64,000 nt of DNA from Tubulanus polymorphus (Eukaryota; Animalia; Nemertea): positions 16,678,110 through 16,742,109 of the forward strand of contig NC_134030.1 in the NCBI RefSeq assembly GCF_964204645.1, in the 5' to 3' direction. The notes beneath the pieces were generated by a model. That model was not told where the DNA came from. It saw nothing but the letters and a program-made list of their open reading frames with translations, and did not search any database. Below are positions 1 through 12,100 of the stretch, piece after piece; position 1 is the stretch's first letter; the number at the start of each line of letters is the position of its first letter. Made by a program: the position numbers and the translations under genes.

Positions 1-121
1 GATCAAAATGATTCTTATCAATAGTTTCTAACAAGTCTAATATGAAATGTGTTTTACCACAGTTTGTTACTCCAGTTATTAACATATTATGTGGTTCAAA
101 TATAAATAAATCTTTATTCAT
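1..121 (-). CDS. Packaging ATPase (A32/FtsK-like), N-terminal part only
   Basis: Manual translation from ATG at 121: MNKDLFIFEPHNMLITGVTNCGKTHFILDLLE, with Walker A GxxxxGKT. The start overlaps the integrase stop (ATGAATAA). Confidence 0.85.
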   Translation of the reverse strand, partial: MNKDLFIFEPHNMLITGVTNCGKTHFILDLLETIDKNHFD

Positions 122-1205
122 TTATTCTTTTAATTTTACTAGATAAAATCCATTCATTAAATTTATCATCATACCCTTTATATTTCACCAAAGAATACTT
201 TTTTCCCTTAATAGATTTTGTTTTCAATACTTTTTCTATTTTGTATTCTATTTCATCTGGATTTGGTACAAGTGATAATTCTTGTTCATAGAAATAACCT
301 AATATTTCTTCATCTTTTAGATCTTCTAGTTTATAAACAAATGGTTTAGTTAATATTATCTTTTTAATCTTGAATATTTCTTCTGTAAAATTAGGGGTAT
401 AACCTTTATAAAATGTTTTTCTATATTTAGATATTCTTACGTGTTGTCCTATTTTAAATTTAGGTTCGCCGAAATCATGTGTAACAAATGCTCCATATAA
501 ATTATTCCAAACTATTTCCGAATTATCTTCTTTTCTAGCTTGTATATGTTTCATATTTATAGAACTATGTTTAGAATTTTTATAACCATTCACTAAATCA
601 TCTAAAACATCGATATATTTATATGTTTCATTAGCAGTAAAATATTTCCACATTCTAGTTTTCAATGTTTTATTAAATCTTTCTATAATAGATGCTTTTT
701 TATCTGAATGTGTTGAAAAATATTCTACATCGTTATCAGATAATAGTTTTTTGAAATGTTTGTTATAAAATTCCTTACCTTCATCAAATTGTATCTTATC
801 TGGAATAGCTTCTTTAAATATTGATTTAAAAGCATTTTTTACTTCGATACCAGTTTTACTTTTGATTGGAATTGACCATGCGTATCGACTGAATATGTCT
901 ATAACATTCAGTATCCAGAAATATCCTTTGTTGTATTCTTCTAAGTTCTTCATGTCAATTAAATCAGCTTGCCATTGTTGATCGATATATGAAACCATAA
1001 CTTTTCTTGTTAAATAAGTTTTATCCATTTTCTTATGGATTTGATATGTTGGTTGATTTTTTAACCATAATTTCAATTCACTATATTTTATATTACCATT
1101 TTCATTATCAGATTTAATTTTATTCCATAATTCTGAAACGTTTGAATATGATACTTCACTTTCTGGGTTATAATATAAATCTCTTAAATATTGTTCTTTT
1201 TCCAT
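114..1205 (-). CDS. Polinton retroviral-like (rve) integrase with C-terminal chromodomain
   Basis: QWQADLIDM...IDIFSRYAW...QFDEGKEF...IIERFNKTLK DDE core; C-terminal YKIEKVLK...LVKYKGY...NEW chromodomain signature. Confidence 0.95.
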   Translation of the reverse strand: MEKEQYLRDLYYNPESEVSYSNVSELWNKIKSDNENGNIKYSELKLWLKNQPTYQIHKKMDKTYLTRKVMVSYIDQQWQADLIDMKNLEEYNKGYFWILNVIDIFSRYAWSIPIKSKTGIEVKNAFKSIFKEAIPDKIQFDEGKEFYNKHFKKLLSDNDVEYFSTHSDKKASIIERFNKTLKTRMWKYFTANETYKYIDVLDDLVNGYKNSKHSSINMKHIQARKEDNSEIVWNNLYGAFVTHDFGEPKFKIGQHVRISKYRKTFYKGYTPNFTEEIFKIKKIILTKPFVYKLEDLKDEEILGYFYEQELSLVPNPDEIEYKIEKVLKTKSIKGKKYSLVKYKGYDDKFNEWILSSKIKRINE

Positions 1206-1212
1206 CTTATTT

Positions 1213-1569
1213 TAATCCATTAAAAATAGTTTAGATTTAGTTTCAATGACTTTATGATTTGACTTATTTTCTGGTATCATCATTGGAATCATCTTTATCA
1301 TCAGATTTGAATTTTGATTTATATATTACACCAGAGAATATAATAACTGTTACTAATCCAATTGTAATATATAAGTAATTATTACTTCCAGCATTAGAAG
1401 AATTAGATGGATTATTATTTGAATTAATATCAGATAAAGTCTGTGATTCATTTATATCAGTTCATTTCTTTTTCTTAGCTTTTTTTAATTCTGCAGATCT
1501 TTTACCCAATTCTCTTGCCCATTTAATTTGTTTCTCGGATCTAACCTTTTTCTTAACGCCATCACTCAT
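1213..1569 (-). pseudogene. Small basic plus transmembrane Polinton ORF, frameshifted
   Basis: MSDGVKKKVRSEKQIKWARELGKRSAELKKAKKKK*, then in another frame ...NYLYITIGLVTVIIFSGVIY...; the ATG overlaps the upstream stop (ATGAGTGA). Confidence 0.55.
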
Positions 1570-2164
1570 TTATTTTAGTTAATTTTTGTTCTGATTCATT
1601 TTCTGTTTCGCTGTTTGGTTGTAGTACATCTGTTTCGTTCTTACCTGATTTATATTCCATAGGCTTGATATTCGAAAATGTTATGACACCAGTAGAAATT
1701 AATGTCATAACCGATCCTAATTGGAATGAAGCATATCCAACCCATTTTTGTAATTCAGTCATAACTAAGTAGTCATTTTTCAAATCACTATATAATTTAT
1801 TTTCATCATCAATTGGTATTAACCAGTTACATAACTTAGAGTAACATTTGACAATACCATCTGAAATAGAATCATTTATTCGGGCTAATCTTGCCTCTTC
1901 ATAAATCTTAAAATATTTTATTACTTTATCTGGTTTCATAGCATCTAATTCTTGAAAAGTTATTATTTTTCCCAAGAAATCCTTAGATTTCCCTCCAGCA
2001 ATTAATAATTCAAGATGGTGCTTACAATATAAATAGTATTCATAATCTATATTGTTATTAACTTGAGCACAATTAGTTACAACTGTATCTATATTATCAC
2101 TTATACCCAAATCATCTAATGTTTTTTCAATATTAATACTATTCTTATTAGATTTCTTTGACAT
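1562..2164 (-). CDS. Polinton hypothetical protein (200 aa, C-terminal hydrophobic segment)
   Basis: Open ORF with TATAAATG start inside the Polinton gene cluster. Confidence 0.7.
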   Translation of the reverse strand: MSKKSNKNSINIEKTLDDLGISDNIDTVVTNCAQVNNNIDYEYYLYCKHHLELLIAGGKSKDFLGKIITFQELDAMKPDKVIKYFKIYEEARLARINDSISDGIVKCYSKLCNWLIPIDDENKLYSDLKNDYLVMTELQKWVGYASFQLGSVMTLISTGVITFSNIKPMEYKSGKNETDVLQPNSETENESEQKLTKINE

Positions 2165-2421
2165 TTATATAGGAGAAAAAAAGCAAACAAAAATATTATA
2201 ACTTTATAAAATGATATTAGCATCTCTTTAGGTTAATACTAGCTTAGTTCAGTTAAAGAATTTTAGTATTAGTTATTGTTTTTTTAGTATTTTTTATTTG
2301 CGATATAAAGTATTCTCTTTTGAAAAGAATTGTAAAAGAAAATATTAAAAATTAAAATAGAAATAATGGATAGTTGAAGTTATTGTTTTTTTATTATATT
2401 TTATTTGAGATATATTAATCT

Positions 2422-3090
2422 TTAACCACTCATTAAAGACTCAACGTATTGTTCATTATTCGGAACATCGTTCCATTGATCAATAAATTTCTTTGCCTTT
2501 GTTAACTGTTCTAAATATAACTGTAAATCTAGTTTATTAGATTAGATTTGATTTTCTTTCTTTTCAAGAGGTCTTAAATTTTTCCAATTCCAAATAAGTT
2601 TTTTATTGTATTCATCATTCATGTTGAATTTAGATATTGGTAACGTATGATCAATATGAAACTAATCTCCATAATTATCTATATTCATTTGACCATCGAA
2701 TTGAAATATAATCCATGATTTAAGAAATTTATCTGTACAACCCAACAAATTAGATAGTGTTTCTGAATGCGTTTCTTTGTTGAATAATTGTGTTAATCTA
2801 GTCCTTAAACATTGTTTCAATCTAAAATTAAGATCTGTTTGATATCTTTCTCTCATGTATTCTGTCATATAATCATTATAAGCTTCTCTATTATCTTCTC
2901 GATATTGTTTGGTATATAGTTTAAAACAAGTTTTACAGCAATATTGAAAACCATCTTTGCTAATCTTACGCTTACTAAATTCTGTTAAAGCTAATTTATC
3001 TAATTCACACTTAGAACACTTCTTATAGTATATATTTATGACACCAGTGTTATTTGTAATATTGATAGTTTGTGGTTGTTCTGGTTCCAT
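2422..3090 (-). pseudogene. Zn-finger plus HNH/endonuclease-VII-like nuclease (large-DNA-virus type) with two in-frame stops
   Basis: CSKC...KDGFQYCCKTC N-terminus; reading through the stop at 2662 gives FHIDHTLPISKF...WNWKNLRPLEKKENQI*SNK (HIDH...NLxPL...EN HNH-type motif). Confidence 0.75.
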
Positions 3091-3236
3091 TTATTATACA
3101 TATTTTTTTACTAAATTGGTTAATATTTTAGCATCCTCTTCCATTTCTTCGACCAACGTCATCCTTTTTCATTCTTCGCTGCTTTTGATAAGTCGTTTCA
3201 GTTCCTTGATATCTAAATCATACCAGTTACAATACC

Positions 3237-3570
3237 CGCGTCACATGCGGACATACAGGAGTGCTTTTGCTTAATGCGCATGCGTTAATCATAATTATAT
3301 ATTCATTCTATAAATTCTGTAAAATAGAAACAACACATGCGTCACATGCGGCCATTGATGTCCGCTTTTGCTTAATGCGCATGCGCTAATCATAATTATA
3401 TATTCATTCTGTAAAATAGAAACAACTGAACATAGAAAATTCAAACGCATTCATATCCGCGTCACATGCGTCACATGCGGCCATTTATGGCCGGTTTTGC
3501 TTAATGCGCATGCGCTAATCATAATTATATATTCATTATGCAAATAGAAACGACTGAACATAAAAATTCA
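3237..3570. repeat. Three imperfect tandem copies (~100-130 bp) containing GTCACATG and TGCGCATGCG
   Basis: gcgtcacatgcgg...ttttgcttaatgcgcatgcg.taatcataattatatattcatt repeated at ~3237, ~3338 and ~3468. Confidence 0.9.
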
Positions 3571-4346
3571 CCAAGTAGATTTACACAATACATTATACAA
3601 GTATGTTCAGTCGTTCGTTTATTTCAATACATCATTTGAGTTCTATAAATACAATTTATAATTACAAACATTTTTTCAATTGCCGGTAAATATTTAACTA
3701 CATCAACAAATGTTAAACTTAATCATTGGTATTTGTGGAGTAGTCTTAATGTTTTTGAAATTCTTATATAGTTTCTTCGTTGATCTTATGGTGTTTCTTG
3801 CGCCAATTTCTATTGGTTCGATATCCATTGCTGTTGATTCCTCAGTCAGAAAGAGTATCTTGAGTTTCTCTATCGCTTCTTGATGTGTATGACGTTTTAT
3901 TAATCTAAAAGATATTAGCGGTAACTCTAGCTATCTAAAAGATATACTAAATACACTTAAATATATCTAAAGGTTTCATATTTCATAGCCCTAATAACTA
4001 CAAAAAACAGTACTTACATTTAGATTTAGAATTGTAAACTATAAACTCCTAATTGCGTTTCGAGAGAGAATATCCTAAGCGTTATGTTACATCATCTATT
4101 CAGTTCCGGTGCGATTTCTAGAATGAACACGTCTGCGATTATGACACGTCATCTTTATTCAGAGTTCCGGTACACCTTCTAGAATGTTCTACGCGTTTGC
4201 AGTATTATGACTCATATGTCTCGGCGTCATAGTAACAGCTGTGACAGCTGTGAATTTAAAGATTTATCCCATAGCATTTTACATGAAATGTATATAGGCT
4301 CAAATAGAATCATGTTCTAGTATAAGCAAATGCTATGTGTTATATC

Positions 4347-4349
<3 letters not shown>

Positions 4350-4427
<78 letters not shown>
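4350..4427. repeat. (TA)n microsatellite, left flank of the giant element
   Basis: Pure TA run. Confidence 0.98.
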
Positions 4428-4428
<1 letters not shown>

Positions 4429-4492
4429 TGAAAACATACTATTAACGGGGTTTGTGGGCTCAAACCCAATTGTGTGGTGCTATTTTAATACC

Positions 4493-4663
4493 CGTTTCTG
4501 GGGCATATATGTATAATTATATGCTAATGATATGCAAACCTCACAATTTATATAGGCCTATATGCCCCATGAATTATATACGTTTCTGGGGCATATATGT
4601 ATAATTATATGCTAATGATATGCAAACCTCACAATTTATATAGGCCTATATGCCCCATGAATT
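4493..4663. repeat. Subterminal 88-bp tandem duplication, each unit bounded by inverted TGGGGCATATA/TATATGCCCCA
   Basis: Units start at 4493 and 4581. Confidence 0.92.
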
Positions 4664-6174
4664 AAATACATGCACCTATACATGTAACATAACTGAAACT
4701 ATGCCCTTCGTGTGGAATACCTGAGGCCAAACGCTTAGACATTACTAAACAGCGAATTATCTCACTGCCTATTCTATTGTAAGCGACCGGGCAACAGTCG
4801 GTTCTAACAGGTCTGGGTCGATTCATAACAATTGCGATAGGCTTTCCTACAGAGCTTCGTCCAAGTAAGGTATACAACTTCCATATTTCTCCTTGCTTTG
4901 TCGGAATATTCTCTACTCTTCACTTCTATTCACATTTTTGAAATATGGCTCTAATTGAGGGAATGAAAGTCCTTTCAAAGCTTTCAATATCCAGATACAT
5001 CTGACAACAGAAACAAAACAAAATTTTCAATGAAAATTGGAAATCTCTTTATTAGGAAAAAAGCATTAGCAAATTTACAAACTCTACAAGATAATTCTGA
5101 TATATTTATCAACCCTAGAATTGTAAACCACGAGGAAGTTGGATATTCTGCCAATGGAATATTTTAATATTATTCATGTCATACATTCAAAATACAGTCG
5201 ATACCTTCTGACTCAAATCATTTAGGACCAGTGATTTTCGTTATTTCAGTTAGGCGATAATTCAAGTTCCAATATGGAAATTCATGCTATGTTTCATAAG
5301 AATTGTGTAAAGATTAGCTGACCTGGAACTCGATGCGTTTACTATCCCAAATCAAATATGTTATACCGGTAGTCATTGGATTGTATGATATTTTGTCAAC
5401 TGCAGATAAAACAGAAACTAATCACATTTTTTAATCATTATGTTCTCAACCTGAAATCAATGGCCTACAACAAATATACCTGATAGGAATGAGATTAGTC
5501 TACAAAAATACACCATTTACTTATGTTCACATCATTAAAAAAAAAACCTCCACATTTTCTCCTGTAATCTAGTTCATTACATTTCTATAACAGGTGTAAG
5601 ACTGGCATGAGGGAAATTCTAACATTTATTCAGATCGGTCATTTTTCATTTACTGCTTTAACAATTTATATACCGGTAATATATTTGATTTTGTTTAAAC
5701 ATTTTCTTCTAAACAGTAATCATTGCGCTTTAATAAAAGGAGAAATCGATCAGAACAAAAACAAGCAATCATTGAAAGAAAACTCCACATACGGAATATC
5801 AATATATAGATATTATTTACATTGGGCACAGTGCTTAGTGGCAAAAACAAAGTTTCACATATCTTTAATTAGGACCATGGGTCCAGTACGACCAAATGAG
5901 TAAATTTTAGTTTTGAGCGAAAAAATGTATTTTTCTCGGATTTACGATCGCTATCTTGGTGCATTATATATGCATGTCCAACTTTCTCCAAAACTCACTC
6001 GCATGGCAAAACAATCAATACTATGTTCTATATGTACGTTCTTGCTACAGCTAAACAATAACGTAATTATTACAAAACATAAATAAAGTGAATTTGACGC
6101 ATCGATTGACGCGTCAAAAATGCTATTTTAATTTTGACAGTATATTTACGCCATACATTTAGAGGTTCCCTATA

Positions 6175-9100
6175 TTATTTCGTTTTCTGCTTCTTCGAGA
6201 TAATATTATGTAGCCTCGTTCGAACCTGAGGCAAAGTTCGGCTACCACCAAGTTCTTCAACTACTTTTCTCAAGTCTACTGCTGGTGCCATTCGCTTATT
6301 ATTCAAATAGTTATGCAATATCCTACAAAAAATATCTGTTTCTCCCTTTGTCCAGGGTGCCCTCTTAATACGTGACTTCTCATCTGAAACAAAATCATAT
6401 AAAAATGCTACACAAACCATTGCATCAAGACTACTGATAGGTTCTCACAATAGGCCCCATTTCCCCTAGGATTGTTATACCGTCCATAAGGTGGTTTAAT
6501 CACTATGGACCCTATCCATGAACTTACTTTGCGCTTCAGATTGGTTAGTTTCCATCTTTGGCGGAACTTCTGCATCGACCATGTCATTGTCATCACTGTC
6601 ATCACTGTTTTCACTGTCTTCACACTCAGTCCACTTATCGGCATAATCCAAGGATAATGGGAGTGCTAAAACGTTATCAATGAATAAATGCACATGTACA
6701 CATACACACACACGGGTGACTGCTGTCATAGCAGAGAATACTAAAATATTTAATCTATCAGTAAAGTCAGACTTACCATCGGGATCAATATCCTCCAATG
6801 ACTTTCCTTTGAATCTTGCCATAATGCCATTTTCGGCAGCCAATAGCACCTTCGCTACCTTCGCTTTTTCAACGAGTGAAGATTGGAGGCAATATACATC
6901 TGCGTGAATTTTCACATCGTGCCCCATATGATCAGCCACCATCTTCAACTCGTTGGGCTTCATAGACAAAATCTGAAGTTATAAACCCAAATACTGGCTT
7001 TAGGGCTTTCATCCATTTCAAATCACTTCACAATATAATTTCCATTCACAAGTATCATTATAGCCGATCATTGATTTATTATAATCATTGCTTGTTATGT
7101 CTTTCGAAGACCAGAGCTTTACCTTCTTTATAGATATTCTTGATGAATGAAGGTTCTATTTTATATTCTTAAAAATTTCATTCACTAATACATACAGGGC
7201 TGGAAATTAGGCTTGTATGATAGTACATGTAAAAGCACTTCATGATAAGGTATGTCCTGATACGGATGTTTTAGGCCTATACAGGATCCGATATCAGCAC
7301 TTGTCTATTATCACTTGTCATCCTTTTATGATAGGTTTTATATACTGGTTAACTGAATGTAGAATTGTGGGACATACATAAATAGGAAAAATCACTTCAT
7401 GGTCAGGTAGTGTCTTGATATGATGGGTTTTATATGTCACTTAACTGGATGTAGAATTGTGGGACATACATAAATAGACACTTCATAAATAGGTAGTGTT
7501 CTGATATGATGGGTTTAATATGCTATTTTACTGCATGTAGAATTGTAGGATATATATATAATGGGAAAATCCTTTCATGATCAAGTACTGTCTAGATGAT
7601 TACATGACCTTAACGGTCACATGCCCTCTAAATTTCAGTAAGTAATTAACCTAATGATTCTTTTGAATATAGATAACACCTGATATCAGGAAGACAGAAA
7701 AAAATCCCCCATATACATGTAGTCTTAAATTGTCAGGTTATTAATCAGGTAATATAAATATACAACATTTATAATTGTAATACTGTGGTTTGTATTTTAA
7801 AGAGGTTTGTAATGCTTGCAATAAGACTAATCCTAGTTCATTGGTAAATGATAAACCTACTTGTAGTGTAGTTGCAAAGAAAGATCGGAGCTTCGTCGAT
7901 CTAATTCGTTCAGGTGCATTCAGTCCGGGACACAATTTTGTCATTTCACGCATTGCAGTACAACCGTCAAGTGGTGTGTCAGCACGTTTCCTAAAATGAA
8001 TGATGGATTTGCAATGCTTGCACAAAACCTGTCACGATATGAACTAAAAAAGGTTCAGATTGTATTGCTTTGTAAAGTATATACTGTATACAAAGACATT
8101 TTTCTAAAAAATGGCTGCATGGCCTGGTAAGCACTAACTTATTTGATTATTCAGCATGTAGATGCCCACGAACAAAACTATATCAGTTGTGATGAGAGAT
8201 TAAGATTTTTATCAGGACTATTAATCAATTGACATTCAAAAAGGGAATGATTGTACCTTAATAATAATAAAATAAACCTTGCATTAATCGAATCCATTCA
8301 AGAAACATTCAAAATCCGTATTGCAATTGTTAATGGGTTAATGTTATTTGAATAGGAAAGTGCAAACACTGTATAAATCAGAAAATAGCATTCTTCCTAG
8401 AAAGACCCACATAGCTTTATCTGTGAAACTTTACACTGACATTTCAGATAGACTTCTATCCATCTTCAGAGTTATATAAAAACTCTTCTAAATCGCTGAA
8501 GATGGATAGAAGTAAAATCTATCCAAATTGTCAATGTCAACAGATATACGTTGTTGAATGTTCTTATTATACACGCTATATACACGTCTTTTATACACGT
8601 CTTTTATACATGCTAAATAGAATGCCACAAGTCTAATTGATTTCAGAATTGATGTTACCTAGCAAAAATGAAGTCACTTGTACTTTGTCTGGTATCGAGG
8701 ATATGTTCGATAGCTTTAACCATCTTCTCAGTAAGCAGAATGTATACACCTCGAATACTGCGAGTGCTCTTCCCTCGGATTTCTATTACACGCATTCTAC
8801 AAAAAACTCTCCAAAATCAACCCAACATATCTTGTAAATTAGATAAGAGCATATGACTAAGACAATTTTAAAACAACAATTACCGTTTGACCAAAAGCTG
8901 CTCAGCTAGAGACAGTGATTGCAGGATCTCTTGATTCTGATCGGCATCCGGCACAATATTTTCGAAATCGCTCATGATCATTTCTTCCACTTCTGATATC
9001 CGCCTTCGGTTGAAAAGGACTATACGGACAAGAACAGCATAAGCAAGATGTTTCCACTGTTTTGAAGTAGGCTCATGTATCATCAACGCTTTATCAATTT

Positions 9101-12100
9101 CAGAGTCGAGCCAATCTTTAAAGACTACTAAGTCATCTGCCACTGGATGTGTATTGCCTTGATTGAGTTTCCTAAGTTTAATCCTTCGATTAGCAACACA
9201 CGAAACAGTATTGTTCCAATGGGCCCGATAAACTACTTCGAAATCTCTTCCCTCTTCTTGCATAATTTTGTCTCCTTCAAAAATCCCCATGCTCATTTTG
9301 AGGACAATGCAATGTTTGATGTAAATCCCCAAATTTATTGCCACACTCGGGGAATCTTTTTCCAAAGCTAACTTCTTAACACATTTGACTATCTGATGGA
9401 AATGTGGCCCTCTCAGGTACGAGGAAAGCGATATCCAGTTTTCTTCGCCATTGTTCTCGTTCAGGGCTTTCAGTAGCATACCGAGTAAACGGACCTTTGT
9501 TCTCAAGTTTGCTAGGTCTTTTCGGCGCTGCTCCTTTGCAGTGCCTAAACGCGAGTACAATGACAAAGCAAATTCACCAATTAATTCGTCTTTTTCGCAA
9601 ATGCCAGGAATGCCAGGGTTTGCAACTGTTTCTCGCATTCTGCTGAATATCAAGTTTAATGCAACCGTATCCTCATCGATTCTTGGTACAAATGGTGATA
9701 GCATGTTTCGAGAGGTTCTTATGTAATTGATGTCTGGTTGTTTTGCCATTGGTTTGAAGTGGCAACGTGTCGCATGCTCGGAAAGGCATCCCTTGTAGAA
9801 AAAACCCTTACAAAATTCGCATGGTACGTAGTCCACTGCATTTGGTGGTTTATCCGTTTTATTGGGTCTACGGACAACGACCAACGTACCATGTCCTTCT
9901 TTTATCACTTTACAATTGTGCCGAAAGTTTCCTTCATTCTGAAGTAAGCGCATATGTTTTTTTTTTTCATTTGGATCGCGTATCAGATGGTACTTTATAA
10001 TTTCTGGTTCAGACGCGTGAATACTGCACAAATGCGAGGATATTTTCGAAGTAAACACACGCTTACAATACAAACAATAATCTGCCTTTCGGTAGTCCCG
10101 CTTGCCATCTACTGACTGGTATGTCGGAACAGTAACATGTTTCAAATGAGCCGACAGTCTTGACAGATAATCTCCAAAGTCTTCTTCCTCAATATCGTTA
10201 TCATTTGGATCAATTTCATGGAGATTATCATCATCACTATCACATAGATCGTCATCAGGAATGTAATCATCTTCAGAATCTGATATACATTTTCTTTTTT
10301 TCCGCTTTTTTGGAATGTCAACATCAATTGACTGATCTTCAGAGTCAGATGAGTCAATTTGCCTTTTTTTCTTTATAATTGCATCCTGTTGTGAAGAGGT
10401 TCCAGCTTTCGGTTCAAATACATCTTTTGGCAGTAAAGGGGCAAAATGATCCGGATTCCAGTGTCCAGGTTTAAGTTCTGAATGTGTAGTCCACATTACG
10501 AGTAAAGGTGCTTGCCTCAATGTGCCAGTCAAATTTTTTCTTGGATTTAATATATGGTTCATTATAGGCACACGATTATCCAATAACCCATTAACCGAGG
10601 GGTATACTGATCTTATCCTCCTATCAATAACTGTTGCGAGTGCCTGTATTGTCAGCATCGAAGAATAACTGTTGTGTATTGCACAAGCAATACATGCATC
10701 TGCGAAGGATGGTGAAATCAAATCGAATCCAAATTCGATACTTCGAGTTTGATAGAAGTCAGAATTCTCAACCATTTCGATACAAGTGCGAACACGAAGT
10801 TCAGTTGCTAGATCTTCACACCCACAAAGACCGACTGATACTGCATTGAACAAACAGTTACCATCACCAGATACATCTGCAGGCATGAGCACCCCATTTA
10901 CCATATCACCACATTTCTGCATAATTTCTAATGACCTGCCATGTACCATCAGTTTTCTGTCCAAACACTTATACTCAAGTTCCCGTATCCTACTTGCAAA
11001 ATAGCCAACAGTAGTTTTCAGATTCTCATAGCTTTTCTGTGCACTCAGAGTGAGCATCTTCAGAATGTTTGAGTAATCAATAGTGGTAGTAGCTGAAGAT
11101 AAAATAAAAGACATCTATCAAGTGTTAATGAATACCTAGGAAACTACCACCAAAATTTAACATGTTTGGTGTTGCAGATCTATTCTTATGAATTTAAATC
11201 AAATCTGGTAGACCTAGCCATTTTACATGTACCCAATTCAATACAATCAAAAGTCAATTTTCCGGCTTCTCAATAAAAATCTTGTCAAAGTTGTATCTAA
11301 ATCCAATATCTAAAAAACAAATATCCTACTGAACTGAATTTTTGACTTTTTGACCTCGTAGAAACTGTTGAATTAATATTCACATACATTGATAACATCT
11401 TTGCGTTATTTCATGTTATTTTTGAAGGCATCATTGGACTACAAGTTTTTATCACTCTAACCTCTGTCTAACAATACTTCAATGTTCAATTCCTGCTGGT
11501 GCGAATACACAAACTATTTTCCATGAAAATCAATGAAATGACAGAAAATTTCATGTGCTTTTTCACTTTGCAATAGATAATAGGTACAAAACTGAATGGT
11601 TCCAAAGTAAATTTCAAATTTCCAAAGTAAATTTCAATGTTCAAATTAATCCTAGTGGGGAGAACAATATCGGATAATTTCTATTCAACAAAACAAATTC
11701 AACATAAATAACAACAACATAAATAACAAGTTAAAATTGTTGGTACCCTCCTTAAAAAAAAAACCATTCCAACCATGAGCGAGGACTGGTGAGACTAAGA
11801 TGACTCAAAATTTGCCTGATCCAAACATATCTAAAGATCTAGAAATTGAGACTACAGATTACAGAGACTACTACAGAGACTACGCCATTTTCCTCTGATT
11901 GATCCAATTTTTCCAGTAGTAATAGGCTCTGGGCAGAGATACATATATTATATATACCAAACATCAAACAAGTTCTCCATGAAAACTTTTGTTGAACAAA
12001 TGCTGTTGGTCACATATCTTGAATCTGATAAGACCAGTTTTTGAGCTGCAGTTGTCTCAAAAGTACTAGATACATGTATTAAGACAATCCTTTAAAATAT

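Larger units (their letters stand above)
1..4349 (-). mobile_element. Polinton/Maverick (adintovirus-like) element A, integrase/ATPase arm, decayed, runs off the left edge
   Basis: Compact, intronless, very AT-rich ORF cluster with integrase and ATPase; TAAATG start motif shared with the Polinton at 47794+. The right boundary is uncertain and may continue at 27983-28382, beyond the 23-kb insertion. Confidence 0.85.

Noticed and set aside
9147-11004. Plus-strand ORFs
   Set aside because: Antisense shadows of the large OTU-YR exon
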